From the NCBI GenBank assembly GCA_965243125.1, contig OZ251529.1:1043729-1107728 (forward strand): a stretch of 64,000 bases of DNA, written 5' to 3'. The stretch is from Dehalococcoidia bacterium (GTDB lineage: Bacteria > Chloroflexota > Dehalococcoidia > Bin125). Below, piece by piece: positions 9,847 through 19,565 of the stretch. The notes beneath the pieces were generated by a model. That model did not search any database. It had not been told where the DNA came from and saw only the letters and a list, made by a program, of their open reading frames with translations. The position numbers were made by a program, and so were the translations under genes. Every line of letters begins with the position of its first letter. Position 1 is the first letter of the stretch.

Positions 9847-10623
9847 ATGGGCAAGCTCGATGGCAAAGTGGCGCTGATCTCCGGCGGTTCGCGCGGGCAA
9901 GGCGAGTCGCAGGCGCGGCTCTTCGCGCAGGAGGGTGCCTCCGTCGCCCTCGCCGATGTGCTCGACGCCGAGGGCCAGCTGGTCGCCGCCAGCATCAACG
10001 ACACCGGCGGCGACGCCGTCTACCACCACCTCGACGTCTCCGAGCAGAGCCAGTGGGCCGAGGTCGTCGACGCCGTGGTCGAGCAGTACGGACGGCTCGA
10101 CATCCTGATCAACAACGCCGGCATCGCCCGCATGAAGCTGATCGAGGACTCCTCGCTGCAGGAATACCTGGAGGTGATCCGCATCAACCAGGTCGGCGTC
10201 TGGCTCGGCATGCGCGCCGCGATCAAGGCGATGAAGGACGCCGGCGGCGGCTGCATCATCAACACCTCGTCAACCGCGGGGTTGGAGGGCTACCCCGGCC
10301 TCTCCGCCTACGTCTCCTCCAAGTTCGCGGTGCGCGGCATGACCAAAGTCGCCGCGCTCGAGCTGGGCCGCCACAACATCCGCGTCAACTCCGTACACCC
10401 CGGCCCGATCGACACGCCGATGATCCGCGACCCGCAGCTGGCGGCGCAGGCGCAGGGCGGCGAGATCGGCATCACCGCGCCGATCCCGCGCGTCGGCGAG
10501 GCCGACGAGGTCGCCAAGATGATGCTCTTCATCGCCGCCGATGCCACCTACAGCACCGGCGCCGAATTCGTCATCGACGGCGGCATCACCGCCGGCACGG
10601 CCCTCACCGCGCCGCCCGAGTAG
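9847..10623 (+). CDS. SDR family NAD(P)-dependent oxidoreductase (3-alpha/20-beta-hydroxysteroid dehydrogenase-like)
   Basis: GKVALISGGSRGQG Rossmann motif; catalytic YxxxK (YVSSKFAVRG); NNAG motif. Confidence 0.85.
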   Translation: MGKLDGKVALISGGSRGQGESQARLFAQEGASVALADVLDAEGQLVAASINDTGGDAVYHHLDVSEQSQWAEVVDAVVEQYGRLDILINNAGIARMKLIEDSSLQEYLEVIRINQVGVWLGMRAAIKAMKDAGGGCIINTSSTAGLEGYPGLSAYVSSKFAVRGMTKVAALELGRHNIRVNSVHPGPIDTPMIRDPQLAAQAQGGEIGITAPIPRVGEADEVAKMMLFIAADATYSTGAEFVIDGGITAGTALTAPPE

Positions 10624-10726
10624 CCGCCCCCTCCGTCACGCCCGCGCCCTCCACCGTCTCGTCAGCACGCGCCCCACATCTCCCGTCACACCCACGCCCA
10701 TCTCCGCCACACCCGCGCCCCATCAC

Positions 10727-10758
10727 CCGTCATACCCGCGCTTGCCGCGGGTATCTCG
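10727..10758. repeat. Solo copy of the palindromic repeat CCGTCATACCCGCGCTTGCCGCGGGTATCTCG, preceded by degenerate half-site tandem repeats
   Basis: Identical to the TIR of the MITE-like elements at 48661 and 54740. The upstream region 10636..10726 has repeated CCGTCACACCCACGCCC / CCGCCACACCCGCGCCC units. Confidence 0.5.
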
Positions 10759-10779
10759 TCGCGCCCAGCACCCAACCCC

Positions 10780-11550
10780 CTACCCGTTGACGTCGCAGCC
10801 CAGAAAAACCCGCCCGCGCCGTCGGCACGCCTCCAGCACCGAAAACGTGCCGGCCGCCGGGTCCACCACCAGGTCGCCCGGATTGGTCACCGCCTCAATC
10901 AGCGCCGCCTGCAGCTCCACCGGCTTTGGGTGAACGCCCCCCTGTTTCTGGACCCGCTCGGTCCACACATCAGGGATCGTGTGAACCTTCCAGACGCCTT
11001 TCGCCTTGCGGGGCGACTTTTGCAGCACCACGAGGTGCTCCGACTTGCGGCGTGAGCGGTAGCCCATCCCAATCCTGTCCTTGTCCCACGTGATCATGTC
11101 GACGGTTTCCAGCGAAGTGTCGCTGAGCCAGTCCTGAAAGCCGGTGCAGAGGTGAAATTTGTCCATCCAGAGGAACAGGTGCCCGCTGGGGATCAGGACG
11201 CGATCCAGCTCGCCGATGAACCCGGCGATGGCGTCGCCATCCATCTGTCGCAGCCCGGCGCGCCCCTGACCGCGGTTCTCGCCCTCGTTGCCGTACGCAA
11301 GATGATCGAGCACCCCCCGATATTGCGGGTCGAAGAACGCCGCCGGTACCGCGCTCTCCGGCAATTGCGCGAGCAGCTCGCGCCCATCCATCCGCAGCCG
11401 CGTATTGGGCGCCAGCTCCGCCGGCAGCGCCAACGCCGGCTGCTCAAGCGCGCGCTCACTGGAGAAGACGGATGCGGAATTCGCCTCAGCGTCGTCGAAC
11501 AGCGGAGCCGAAGCTTCGCCGAGCGCGGCTGTTGAACGGCGTGCCATCGG
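10780..11550 (-). CDS. DNA methyltransferase (beta-class N4-C/N6-A, DPPY-type), apparently orphan
   Basis: FFDPQY motif (the DPPY catalytic motif IV) lies N-terminal to the C-terminal SAM-binding region (DLVVDPAAGTFSV). The first ~70 codons of the listed ORF look out-of-frame, so the start was moved to the internal Met (MARRSTAAL). Confidence 0.65.
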   Translation of the reverse strand, partial: PMARRSTAALGEASAPLFDDAEANSASVFSSERALEQPALALPAELAPNTRLRMDGRELLAQLPESAVPAAFFDPQYRGVLDHLAYGNEGENRGQGRAGLRQMDGDAIAGFIGELDRVLIPSGHLFLWMDKFHLCTGFQDWLSDTSLETVDMITWDKDRIGMGYRSRRKSEHLVVLQKSPRKAKGVWKVHTIPDVWTERVQKQGGVHPKPVELQAALIEAVTNPGDLVVDPAAGTFSVLEACRRRGRVFLGCDVNG

Positions 11551-11608
11551 CAGATCCTCTCTGGCTGAGCCAACATACCGGAAGCGCTGACCAAACGTTC
11601 TAGACTGG

Positions 11609-11965
11609 TTATTGAGCCAGCGGCTTGGCGAACGAGAGCTCGTGCCCGTCGGGATCCAGGATGTGGAAATACCGCTCGCGCCACGGCGCGTCGCGCGGGG
11701 CGAACTCCGGGCGCAGGCCGGCCGCCAGCGCCGAGGCGTGGAACGCATCCACATCCTGCACATAAAAGATCGCCCGCCCCCAGAAGCCCGGCGCGCCCTC
11801 CGCCCCGATCAGGTTCAGATAGCTCTCGCCCGCCCGGTACGACGTAAAGCCCGCCTGCGGGCCGCCGTAGATCCGCTCAAAGCCCAGCGCCTCGTAGAAC
11901 GCGACGCTGCGCCCCATCTCGCTTACCGCCAGCGTGACCGCGCTCAGCGCCGTGACCCTGCTCAT
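11609..11965 (-). CDS. VOC/glyoxalase family protein
   Basis: 118 aa; N-terminal VTLAVSEMGRSVAFYEALGFE pattern. Confidence 0.7.
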   Translation of the reverse strand: MSRVTALSAVTLAVSEMGRSVAFYEALGFERIYGGPQAGFTSYRAGESYLNLIGAEGAPGFWGRAIFYVQDVDAFHASALAAGLRPEFAPRDAPWRERYFHILDPDGHELSFAKPLAQ

Positions 11966-11978
11966 GCTCCGCTCACGC

Positions 11979-12383
11979 TCACGTCAGATCGGTGAACGGG
12001 TTGTGCGCGACCTCCCACATGTAGCCGTCGGGATCGCTGAAATAGCCTGAATAGCCGCCCCAGAACGTTGACTCGGCCGCCTTGACGATCTCCGCGCCCG
12101 CCCGCTCTGCCTCCGCCAGGGTCGCGTCCACCTCGGCCGGCGAGCCGACGTTGCGCGCCAGCGTGATCGTCTGCGTCCCGCCGCCGCTCCACGCGACCTC
12201 CGCCTCCTCGCGCAGCTTCTCCAGCGGGTAGAGCGCCAGCCAGGTCCCCTCCAGCTCGAAGAAGGCGATGTTCGCGCCGTCCTCGTAGTCGTGTGTGGGC
12301 AGACCGAGACCGTCGCGGTAGAAACGCAGCGACGCCGCCAGGTCCGCAACGCCGAGCGTGATGATGCTGATCTTGGGCTTCAT
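11979..12383 (-). CDS. VOC/glyoxalase family protein
   Basis: 134 aa; ITLGVADLAASLRFYRDGLGL pattern. Confidence 0.7.
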   Translation of the reverse strand: MKPKISIITLGVADLAASLRFYRDGLGLPTHDYEDGANIAFFELEGTWLALYPLEKLREEAEVAWSGGGTQTITLARNVGSPAEVDATLAEAERAGAEIVKAAESTFWGGYSGYFSDPDGYMWEVAHNPFTDLT

Positions 12384-12473
12384 GACGGCTCGTTGGGGCT
12401 GGCGCCGGATACGGCGACGGGGACGAAGCGAGGGCTCCGTCCCCGTCGGTTGGGTGCGGGCTGTCGGCCTGGG

Positions 12474-13766
12474 CTAGAAGGCCAGCGGAGCCGGCTCGGC
12501 CTGGCCGCCTTCCAGACCCTGCGGCCACCAGTGGTCCTCCCAGCCTTCCTCGTCCCAGATGTGCTTGAGGTTGGGCAGCACCTCGCGGGCCGTCAGCTGG
12601 ATGTTCGGGATCGCCAGTTCCTTGGGGATCGAGCCGAACTGGTTGAGGATCATCAGGTGCCCCACATGGAGCGTCTTGATCACTTCCTCGAGCTGCTCGG
12701 TGACCTGCTTGGGCGTGCCGGCGACGATGTTGCCCTCGCGGATCAGGTCGGCCCAGGTGATCTCGGAGTTGGCCTTGGAGGCCAGCATCTTCTCCTGGGT
12801 CTTCTCACCCTTGAACTTGTCGGTGTCGCCGAAGACGGGCTTGAGGCCCTGGCTGCGGGTGAAGCCCTGCTCGATGGTGCGCACCGTGCGGTAGCCGGGC
12901 GGATCCGCGTAGCGCGGGTCGATGTGGAGCATCTTGTTGTAGAAGTACTCCGCGTGCGGCCCGAACTTGTCGGCCACTTCCTGCTCGCTCTCGCCGGTGG
13001 CGACCAGCTGGAGGAAGCCGGCCTGGTAGGGGTTCAGCGGCTTCTCGCGCTGCTGCATCGTCCGCCAGAACCCGTCCACGTTCTTCTGCCCGGCCTTGTA
13101 GCCCCCGTAGGAGAGGTAGCAGTAGACGTAGTTGTGCTCTGCGCACCACTCCCACGTCTCGACCGAGCCGCCGCCGGGGATCCAGACCGGCGGGTGCGGC
13201 TGCTGGATCGGGCGCGGCCAGATGTTGATGTAGCGCAGCTGGTTGTAGCGCCCGTTGTAGGAGAACATCTCGGGCCGCGTCCAGGCCTGCGTGATCACGT
13301 CGGCCGCCTCGTAGTACTTGTCGCGCAGGTGCGAGGGGTTCGCGCCGTAGCAGAAGCAGTCGTCCATCGGCGTGCCGACCGGGAAGCCGGCGACCAGCCG
13401 CCCGCCCGAGATGCAGTCGAGCATGGCGAACTCTTCGGCCACCCGCGTCGGCGGGTTGTAGAGCGCGATCGAGTTGCCCAGCACGACGATCGCCACATCC
13501 TTGGTGCGGCGGCAGAGGTTGGCCGCCATCAGGTTGGGCGAGGGCATCAGCCCGTAGGCGTTCTGGTGGTGCTCATTGATGCAGATGCCGTCGTAGCCCG
13601 CCTCGGCGGCGGCCTCGAGCTCGTCCAGCCCGTCGTTGTACATCTGGTGCGCCTTGGCCGGATCGAACAGATCCGAGGGCACATCCACCCAGACCGAGTT
13701 GTGCTGCTCGGCGAAGTCGGGGGGCAGGTCCCGGTAGGGCATCAGGTGAAAGAATTCGAACTTCAC
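12474..13766 (-). CDS. LLM-class flavin-dependent oxidoreductase
   Basis: MKFEFFHLMPYRDLP...GYDGICINEHHQNAYG is a luciferase-like monooxygenase signature. Confidence 0.8.
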   Translation of the reverse strand: MKFEFFHLMPYRDLPPDFAEQHNSVWVDVPSDLFDPAKAHQMYNDGLDELEAAAEAGYDGICINEHHQNAYGLMPSPNLMAANLCRRTKDVAIVVLGNSIALYNPPTRVAEEFAMLDCISGGRLVAGFPVGTPMDDCFCYGANPSHLRDKYYEAADVITQAWTRPEMFSYNGRYNQLRYINIWPRPIQQPHPPVWIPGGGSVETWEWCAEHNYVYCYLSYGGYKAGQKNVDGFWRTMQQREKPLNPYQAGFLQLVATGESEQEVADKFGPHAEYFYNKMLHIDPRYADPPGYRTVRTIEQGFTRSQGLKPVFGDTDKFKGEKTQEKMLASKANSEITWADLIREGNIVAGTPKQVTEQLEEVIKTLHVGHLMILNQFGSIPKELAIPNIQLTAREVLPNLKHIWDEEGWEDHWWPQGLEGGQAEPAPLAF

Positions 13767-14173
13767 GTGGGTCCTCCGCTCAGTCAGAGCCGTGTGCGGC
13801 CGCCGTCAGGCAGTCGGCGCGTTGCGCGCAAGCTAGCGCCTGCAACCCCAGCCTGTCAAACAGCCCCGGTGGACGCTGTCCGTGCTCACCTCACGTCACT
13901 CCCCGTCATGTCATCTCCGCCGGGCGGCCGCGGGCCTTTGGGGGCAGCCGTGATCGGGCGAGCGGAGCGGAGCAGGGAGGAGGGGCAACTTGGCAGTCTC
14001 GTGTAGCGCGTGCCCCCCTCTGCCTACGGCCTCTCCCCCCAGAGGGGTTCTGTGCAAAATGCGGGATTCGGGCGAAATCGCAGTCGCGCCCTATCTGGTC
14101 GGCGGACGCGGATTCTCAGAAATTCGCCATTTTGCGCAGAACTCCAGAGGGGGGAGAAAATTGCGGTGGGTGC

Positions 14174-14250
14174 CAGCTCCTCGGGAGGGGAGAGAGCATT
14201 GGGGGTGGGCGGCAGCAGCTCGGAGGGGGGAGAGCGTTGGGGGCGGGCGG
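14174..14250. repeat. Imperfect tandem direct repeat (2 copies of about 38 bp, G-rich)
   Basis: CAGCTCCTCGGGAGGGGAGAGAGCATTGGGGGTGGGCGG / CAGCAGCTCGGAGGGGGGAGAGCGTTGGGGGCGGGCGG. Confidence 0.4.
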
Positions 14251-14272
14251 CTGAGGTGGCGTGAGCAACGCT

Positions 14273-16246
14273 CTAGGCATAGTCCGGGTGCGTCGTGTCC
14301 AGCCAGCTGTCGTCGTAGCGGTGGCTGGCGTGGGCGAACTGGTAGACATCCGGCGAGTTGTTCACGTAGGGCCACTCCACCTGCGGCGAGATCGCGTTCA
14401 TCACCGAGGGCTGGCCGGTCATCCCGTCCACGCCGTGGTCGGGATGCACGCCGAGGAAGATGCGCAGCAGCTCGCTTGCCGTCTCCTTGCGCTTCTCCAC
14501 ATCCAGCTCGCTCTTCATGCCGACGATCAGCTCTTCCGCCGGCGGGTAGTTGTACTGCGAGAAGTTCGAGCTGCCGCCCACCACGTGCGTGATGTTCCAC
14601 TCGCCGGTCGGATCCAGATCCTGCGGCGGGTTCGTCCAGGCCGGCGTCTGCCCCGGATGCGTGCCCTCCAGCAGCCGCTGGAGGATCACCGTGTAGGGCT
14701 GGATGTCCATCGACAGCTCAACGTCGAGCGCCTGCTCGTACATCGCCTTCACCGTCTCGGTGATGCCGGGGTAGGTCTGTTCCCAGACATCGGGCGTGAT
14801 CCAGAAGAACGTGCGGCTGCCCGGCTCCACGCCCGCCGCGCTCATCAGATCGCGCGCCATCTTGATGTCCGCGTCCCGATCCACCCGGTAGCCCGGCCAG
14901 GTCGCCAGCTCGTCCTCCGGCACGGTCCAGGCCTGGTTGAACCACGGCGCCTGGGCGATCGCCGAGATTTTCGCCGAGCCGAGGTAGACCGTGTCGATCA
15001 GCGCGTACCGATCGGTCGCCACGTGGAAGGCGTAGGCCAGCCGCCGATCGGCCCAGGGGTTGCCCAGACCGTCTTCGCCTTCCCAGTCGGCGTTGAAGTT
15101 GTAGCGAATCTGGATCGTGAAGCCGAACGGCACATCGAACGACTGGTGATCCGGGAAGTCGGCCAGGATGCCTTCGACCTGGAGGCTGGAAAGCGGGAAG
15201 CCGCCGATGTCGATCCCGCGCCCCCGGTAGGCGGCGTCGACCGTCGTCGCATCGAGCAGGTTGGTGAACTCCACCCGATCCAGGTACGGCAGCGGCCCGC
15301 CGTCGTCGCCCAGCTTCCAGTAGTTCGGGTTGGGGTTGAGGTGTATTCCGATGTCGGGGTCGTAGAGCTCTGGGATGTACGGGCCGGTGCCCGACGAGAG
15401 CTCGACATTGGTCTGCTCGTCGCGCCAGCGGTTGCCGAACTCCTCGATCGCCTCGGGCGACGTCATCCACGAGAACGGCCCCAGATGCACGCCCAGATAC
15501 GTCGCGTCGGCCTGCGCGGTGGTGAACTTGATCGTGACGTCGTCGAGCACCTCGATCGTGTCCGTCTGCTGGTACTTGCTGGCCGAGAGGAACGAGGTGT
15601 CCTCCACGCCGTCCGCGTCGACCGAGTCGATCTGGCGCTGCGCGTTGTAGCGGATGTCCTCGGCGGTGACCGCGCGCCCGCCCTCGGTCGGAAACTGGTC
15701 CCAGAAGCGCGCGCCCTGATCGACGCTGAAGATGTAGGTGGTGTCGTCGGGAATCTCCGGCAGCGAGGCGATGTCCGGTTCCATCACTCCCTGCTCCTTG
15801 TTGCGCCAGCGGATCAGGTAGTTCATGTAGAACCCCATCCAGAACTGGGTGGGGCCGAAGACGCCGCGGTGCGGGTCGAAGTAGTCGTGCGTCGCCGCCG
15901 GGGTGGAAAACCGCAGCGTGCCCCCGCGCACGATGTTCGAGGTTTCGGCGACGGTCTGTTCCTGCTGCTGTTGATCGTCGGCCGGAGCGTCCTGTCGGTC
16001 CGCCTGCTGCGCCTGCCGATCGGCGGCCGCTTGCTGGTCCTGCTGCATCGCCGCGGGCTGCGCCTGCTGCTGTTGCCGCGCGCCCGTCTGGGCGGCGGCC
16101 TGTTGGTCGTCGTCGTCATCGTCGCCGCAGCCGACCAGCGCCAGCCCCGCCGCGCCCACGCCGGCCCGCCCCGAGGCGCGCAGCAGCGCGCGCCTGCTCA
16201 TCCGCGACCTGCGCATCCGCTGCCAGTAGTTCGGTTGTTCGTTCAT
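14273..16246 (-). CDS. ABC transporter substrate-binding lipoprotein, family 5 (peptide/nickel type), Tat signal
   Basis: RRALLRASGRAGVGAAGLALVGCG twin-arginine plus lipobox motif; overall SBP_bac_5-like. No permease genes adjacent. Confidence 0.75.
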   Translation of the reverse strand: MNEQPNYWQRMRRSRMSRRALLRASGRAGVGAAGLALVGCGDDDDDDQQAAAQTGARQQQQAQPAAMQQDQQAAADRQAQQADRQDAPADDQQQQEQTVAETSNIVRGGTLRFSTPAATHDYFDPHRGVFGPTQFWMGFYMNYLIRWRNKEQGVMEPDIASLPEIPDDTTYIFSVDQGARFWDQFPTEGGRAVTAEDIRYNAQRQIDSVDADGVEDTSFLSASKYQQTDTIEVLDDVTIKFTTAQADATYLGVHLGPFSWMTSPEAIEEFGNRWRDEQTNVELSSGTGPYIPELYDPDIGIHLNPNPNYWKLGDDGGPLPYLDRVEFTNLLDATTVDAAYRGRGIDIGGFPLSSLQVEGILADFPDHQSFDVPFGFTIQIRYNFNADWEGEDGLGNPWADRRLAYAFHVATDRYALIDTVYLGSAKISAIAQAPWFNQAWTVPEDELATWPGYRVDRDADIKMARDLMSAAGVEPGSRTFFWITPDVWEQTYPGITETVKAMYEQALDVELSMDIQPYTVILQRLLEGTHPGQTPAWTNPPQDLDPTGEWNITHVVGGSSNFSQYNYPPAEELIVGMKSELDVEKRKETASELLRIFLGVHPDHGVDGMTGQPSVMNAISPQVEWPYVNNSPDVYQFAHASHRYDDSWLDTTHPDYA

Positions 16247-16324
16247 GATCGTCTCCTCCGCGCCGCCGCCCGCAGCGGCATTTCACCGCGCAGCGTAATG
16301 ATTTCCGAGCGGCTTCGTGGGGAG

Positions 16325-16813
16325 TCAGAGCGAGTGGAAGCTCAGTTGCGCATCGCCTACTGCGCCGAAACGTTCTCGCAGACGCCGTGCGCGGAAGCGG
16401 AAGATCTCGCGCAGGCGCGGCACGACGAGGTAGTGGGCGACGGGCGTGCTGAGCGGCTCCAGCGGCAGCGCCCAATGCACGATGTCGCTCGCCTCCACGC
16501 CGCGCTCCACCTCGCGGAAGAGGTGCTCGTGATGCCACAGCGCGTAGGGGCCGAGCCGCTGCTCGTCGGCGAAATACTCGCGCTCGCGCACCTGCGTGAT
16601 CTCCGTCGCCCAGGGCACTTCCAGCCCCAGCAGCGGGGTCAGACGGTAGGTGACCATCATCCCCGCATACGCCGCCCGCGCCGGCTCGCAGGTCAGCCGG
16701 AAGCGCATGTCCGGCGGCGTGATCTCGACCAGATTGCGCGGATCCGAGAAGAACGTCCACGCGGTATCCAGATCCGTCGTCAGCGTTTGGCGGGCTTCGA
16801 GACGAAACGGCAT
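16325..16813 (-). CDS. SRPBCC (polyketide cyclase/dehydrase-like) family protein
   Basis: 162 aa; composition consistent with an SRPBCC ligand-binding fold. Confidence 0.5.
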   Translation of the reverse strand: MPFRLEARQTLTTDLDTAWTFFSDPRNLVEITPPDMRFRLTCEPARAAYAGMMVTYRLTPLLGLEVPWATEITQVREREYFADEQRLGPYALWHHEHLFREVERGVEASDIVHWALPLEPLSTPVAHYLVVPRLREIFRFRARRLRERFGAVGDAQLSFHSL

Positions 16814-16816
16814 CGC

Positions 16817-17728
16817 TCACGCTCCTCCGATCAGCGCGCCCAGCGCCAGCAGCGCGCCCGCGATCAGGTGCAGCATCGCAGTTCGCTTCAGCACCGTGAT
16901 CAGCGCCGCGCCGGTTGCACCTCCCGCCACGGCGCGGCAGAGCGGCACCGCCAGCGGCGCGGCGGCCAGCCCCAGCGCCGTCCAGGCCGGCAGCACGCCC
17001 GTTGCGGCGAAGATCAGGATCGCCGCAAACGCCGCGCCCACCAGCAGCAGATACTCGGCGCGCGTGCCCCGCTCGCCCAGCATCACCGCCAGCGTGCGCT
17101 TGCCTGCCGCCCGATCGGTCTCAATGTCGCGCAGGTTGTTGGCGACGAGGATCGCCGTCACGAGGCAGCCCACGGGAACGGAGGCCGCCGCCAACTCCCA
17201 GGTCAACTCGCCGCTCTGCACGTAGCCGCTGCCCATCACCGCGACCACGCCGAAAAAGGCGAAGCAGATCACGTCGCCCAGTCCGTGGTAGCCGTACGGC
17301 CAGGGACCGCCCGTGTAGGCCACCGCCGCGACGCACGACGCCGCGCCCGCCGCCAGAATCGGCCAGCCCGCGGCGATCGTCAGAAAGACGCCGATCGCAA
17401 TCGCGCCGCCGAAGACGGTGATCGCCCCCGCCAGCATCTCCCGCTCCGACAGCCATCCCATCGCTACCGCGCGCGGCGGACCAAGCCGCTCCGGCGTGTC
17501 CGCGCCGCGTCGAAAGTCCGACAGATCGTTGGCGAAGTTGACGCCGATCTGGATCAGAATCGCCGCCGCCAGGACCTGGAAAAACAGCGCCGCGTCGAAC
17601 GGTCCCTTGATCGTCGCCACCGCCGTCCCGACCAGCACCGGCGCGACCGCCGCCGGCAGCGTCGGCGGACGCGCCGCCAACAGCCAGATTCGCCACAACG
17701 GCGGGGCGGGCGCGATCTGCGAGCTCAT
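16817..17728 (-). CDS. menA: 1,4-dihydroxy-2-naphthoate polyprenyltransferase (UbiA superfamily)
   Basis: Polytopic membrane protein with UbiA-type Asp-rich motifs (NDLSDFRRGAD; NNLRDIETDRAAGKRT). Sits next to menB and ubiE/menG. Confidence 0.8.
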   Translation of the reverse strand: MSSQIAPAPPLWRIWLLAARPPTLPAAVAPVLVGTAVATIKGPFDAALFFQVLAAAILIQIGVNFANDLSDFRRGADTPERLGPPRAVAMGWLSEREMLAGAITVFGGAIAIGVFLTIAAGWPILAAGAASCVAAVAYTGGPWPYGYHGLGDVICFAFFGVVAVMGSGYVQSGELTWELAAASVPVGCLVTAILVANNLRDIETDRAAGKRTLAVMLGERGTRAEYLLLVGAAFAAILIFAATGVLPAWTALGLAAAPLAVPLCRAVAGGATGAALITVLKRTAMLHLIAGALLALGALIGGA

Positions 17729-17754
17729 CCGATCTCCGTTGCCCGCACGCCGGC

Positions 17755-17955
17755 CTACACCGTCTCGAATTGCAGCGACGAGAGGTCGAGCCGGGCCGAG
17801 CGCTTCGAGAGGTGCAGAATCTCAACACCGACGACTTGCCGCGCCTCGTTGAAGTCGAGCACTACGCCCGACGAGACCTCCTCCGACTCCACGATGGCGG
17901 AGTCGTCAAGACGCAGATAGAGCGCGTCTGCTTCCCGGTCCACGCGCAGTTTCAT
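17755..17955 (-). CDS. DUF2283 family small protein (orphan antitoxin-like)
   Basis: MKLRVDREADALYLRL...GVEILHLSKR matches the DUF2283 consensus. Confidence 0.5.
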   Translation of the reverse strand: MKLRVDREADALYLRLDDSAIVESEEVSSGVVLDFNEARQVVGVEILHLSKRSARLDLSSLQFETV

Positions 17956-18001
17956 CGTTTTCCTCGCATCGCGCGATCCCCGCGTGCGTCTGCTCGCCGG
18001 C

Positions 18002-18853
18002 CTACGGGAAACGCTCGTAGCGGCTGAAGTCGGGCCGGCGCTTCTCCAGGAACGCGTTCTTTCCCTCTTTTGCCTCCTCGGACAGGTAGTAGAGCAGCGT
18101 CGAATCGCCTGCGAACATCTGCATCCCCGCCAGACCGTCCGTGTCCGCCACCAGCGCGCGCTTGATGAAGCGCAGCGCGGTCGGCGACATGCACAGAATC
18201 TCGCGGCAGTAGTTGACCGTCTCTTCCTCCAGACGCTCCACCGGGAAGACCGCGTTGGCCAACCCCATCTCCCGCGCTTCCTCTGCGTCGTACTGACGGC
18301 ACATGAACCAGATCTCGCCCGCCTTTTTGTGACCCACGATCCGCGCCAGCAGCATCGTGCCGTAGCCCGCGTCGAACGAGCCCACCTTGGGCCCCGTCTG
18401 GCCGAAGCGCGCGTTGTCGCCGGCGATGGTCATGTCGCAGACCGTCGCCAGCACGTTGCCGCCGCCGATCGCGTAGCCCGCCACCATCGCGATTACTGGC
18501 TTCGGAATCGCCCGAATCTGCCGGTGCAGATCCAGCACGTTCAGCCGCGGCACGCCGTCGTCGCCCACATACCCGCCGTCGCCGCGGATGCGCTGATCGC
18601 CGCCCGAGCAGAACGCCTCCTTGCCTTCGCCGGTCAGGATGATCACCCCCACCGACTGATCCTCGTGCGCCGCGTGGAAGGCGTGCTGCAGCTCGAACAG
18701 CGTCTGCGGGCGAAAGGCATTGCGCACCTCGGGGCGGGCGATCGTGATCTTGGCGATCCCCTCCGCCACGTCGTAGCGGATATCGCCGTAATCCCCGCGC
18801 CGTTCCCAGGCGGGCAACCCGCTGCGTTCCACCGTCACCGTCGGATACGACAT
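18002..18853 (-). CDS. menB: 1,4-dihydroxy-2-naphthoyl-CoA synthase (crotonase fold)
   Basis: [12 protein letters not shown]...[14 protein letters not shown]...[10 protein letters not shown] are canonical MenB motifs; the length of 283 aa also fits. Confidence 0.9.
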   Translation of the reverse strand: MSYPTVTVERSGLPAWERRGDYGDIRYDVAEGIAKITIARPEVRNAFRPQTLFELQHAFHAAHEDQSVGVIILTGEGKEAFCSGGDQRIRGDGGYVGDDGVPRLNVLDLHRQIRAIPKPVIAMVAGYAIGGGNVLATVCDMTIAGDNARFGQTGPKVGSFDAGYGTMLLARIVGHKKAGEIWFMCRQYDAEEAREMGLANAVFPVERLEEETVNYCREILCMSPTALRFIKRALVADTDGLAGMQMFAGDSTLLYYLSEEAKEGKNAFLEKRRPDFSRYERFP

Positions 18854-19512
18854 CAGCTCTGCTCCTCTGCGTGCTCCCGGTTCAGCTCGATTCCGTCCTC
18901 AATGCCCGCGCCACGCAGCGCCAGGCGTCGGATTTCCGCTTGCATGCGCTGGGGCTGGGCCCGAATCCGACCGTCAGCCCACGCGCCGATCATGCCCTGC
19001 GCCATCGCCACCCAGGCCCGCGCCGCCAGCTCCGGATCCAGCGGCGCGATCCGGCCCAGCGCCAGCGCGCGCTCCAGCTCGGGGCGCAGCAGCGCGGCGA
19101 ACTCATCCTCGATCTGCGCCGCCTGCGCGCGAATTTCCGGCCCCGCCGCCAGCGCCTCGTTCAGCACCCGCGCCAGCGCCCGCCGGCCCGAGAGCCCCGC
19201 GAACAGCGCCGAAAGCGCCGCGTCGGCGCGCGCCAGCGGATCGTCGCCCGCCTGCTCCATCGCCGCCCGCACCCGCCGCTGCAGCAGCGCGCCTGCGCGC
19301 GACACGACCGCCGCCAGCAGCGCCTGCTTCGTGGGGAAGTGGAAGTACAGCCCGCCCTTCGAGGTCTCCGCCGCCCGCGCCACATCGTCCATTCCGGCCC
19401 GCCCGAAGCCGCGCTCGGCGAACACCCGCGTCGCCGCGCGGAGCAGCAGCTCGCGCCGCTCCACCGCCCGCGCCTGCTGCGGCGCCCGTGTCTCCGACTC
19501 CGCAACGACCAC
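18853..19512 (-). CDS. TetR/AcrR family transcriptional regulator
   Basis: N-terminal HTH: [46 protein letters not shown]. Confidence 0.8.
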   Translation of the reverse strand: MVVAESETRAPQQARAVERRELLLRAATRVFAERGFGRAGMDDVARAAETSKGGLYFHFPTKQALLAAVVSRAGALLQRRVRAAMEQAGDDPLARADAALSALFAGLSGRRALARVLNEALAAGPEIRAQAAQIEDEFAALLRPELERALALGRIAPLDPELAARAWVAMAQGMIGAWADGRIRAQPQRMQAEIRRLALRGAGIEDGIELNREHAEEQS

Positions 19513-19565
19513 GCCCGCTCCTCCGCAAAACCGACTCCCGCGTCGGTTTCCCTACCCTATCACCC

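Noticed and set aside
12291-14006. 571-aa plus-strand ORF
   Set aside because: Antisense to the LLM oxidoreductase at 12474..13766, which has the definitive luciferase-like N-terminal motif.
14174-14250. CRISPR array
   Set aside because: There are only two imperfect G-rich direct repeats with no spacers of regular length and no cas genes. No CRISPR-like periodicity was seen anywhere in the window.
14261-17920. 1219-aa plus-strand ORF spanning the SBP, SRPBCC and menA loci
   Set aside because: It is antisense to three well-supported minus-strand genes and is extremely Arg/Pro/His-rich. It is a GC artefact.
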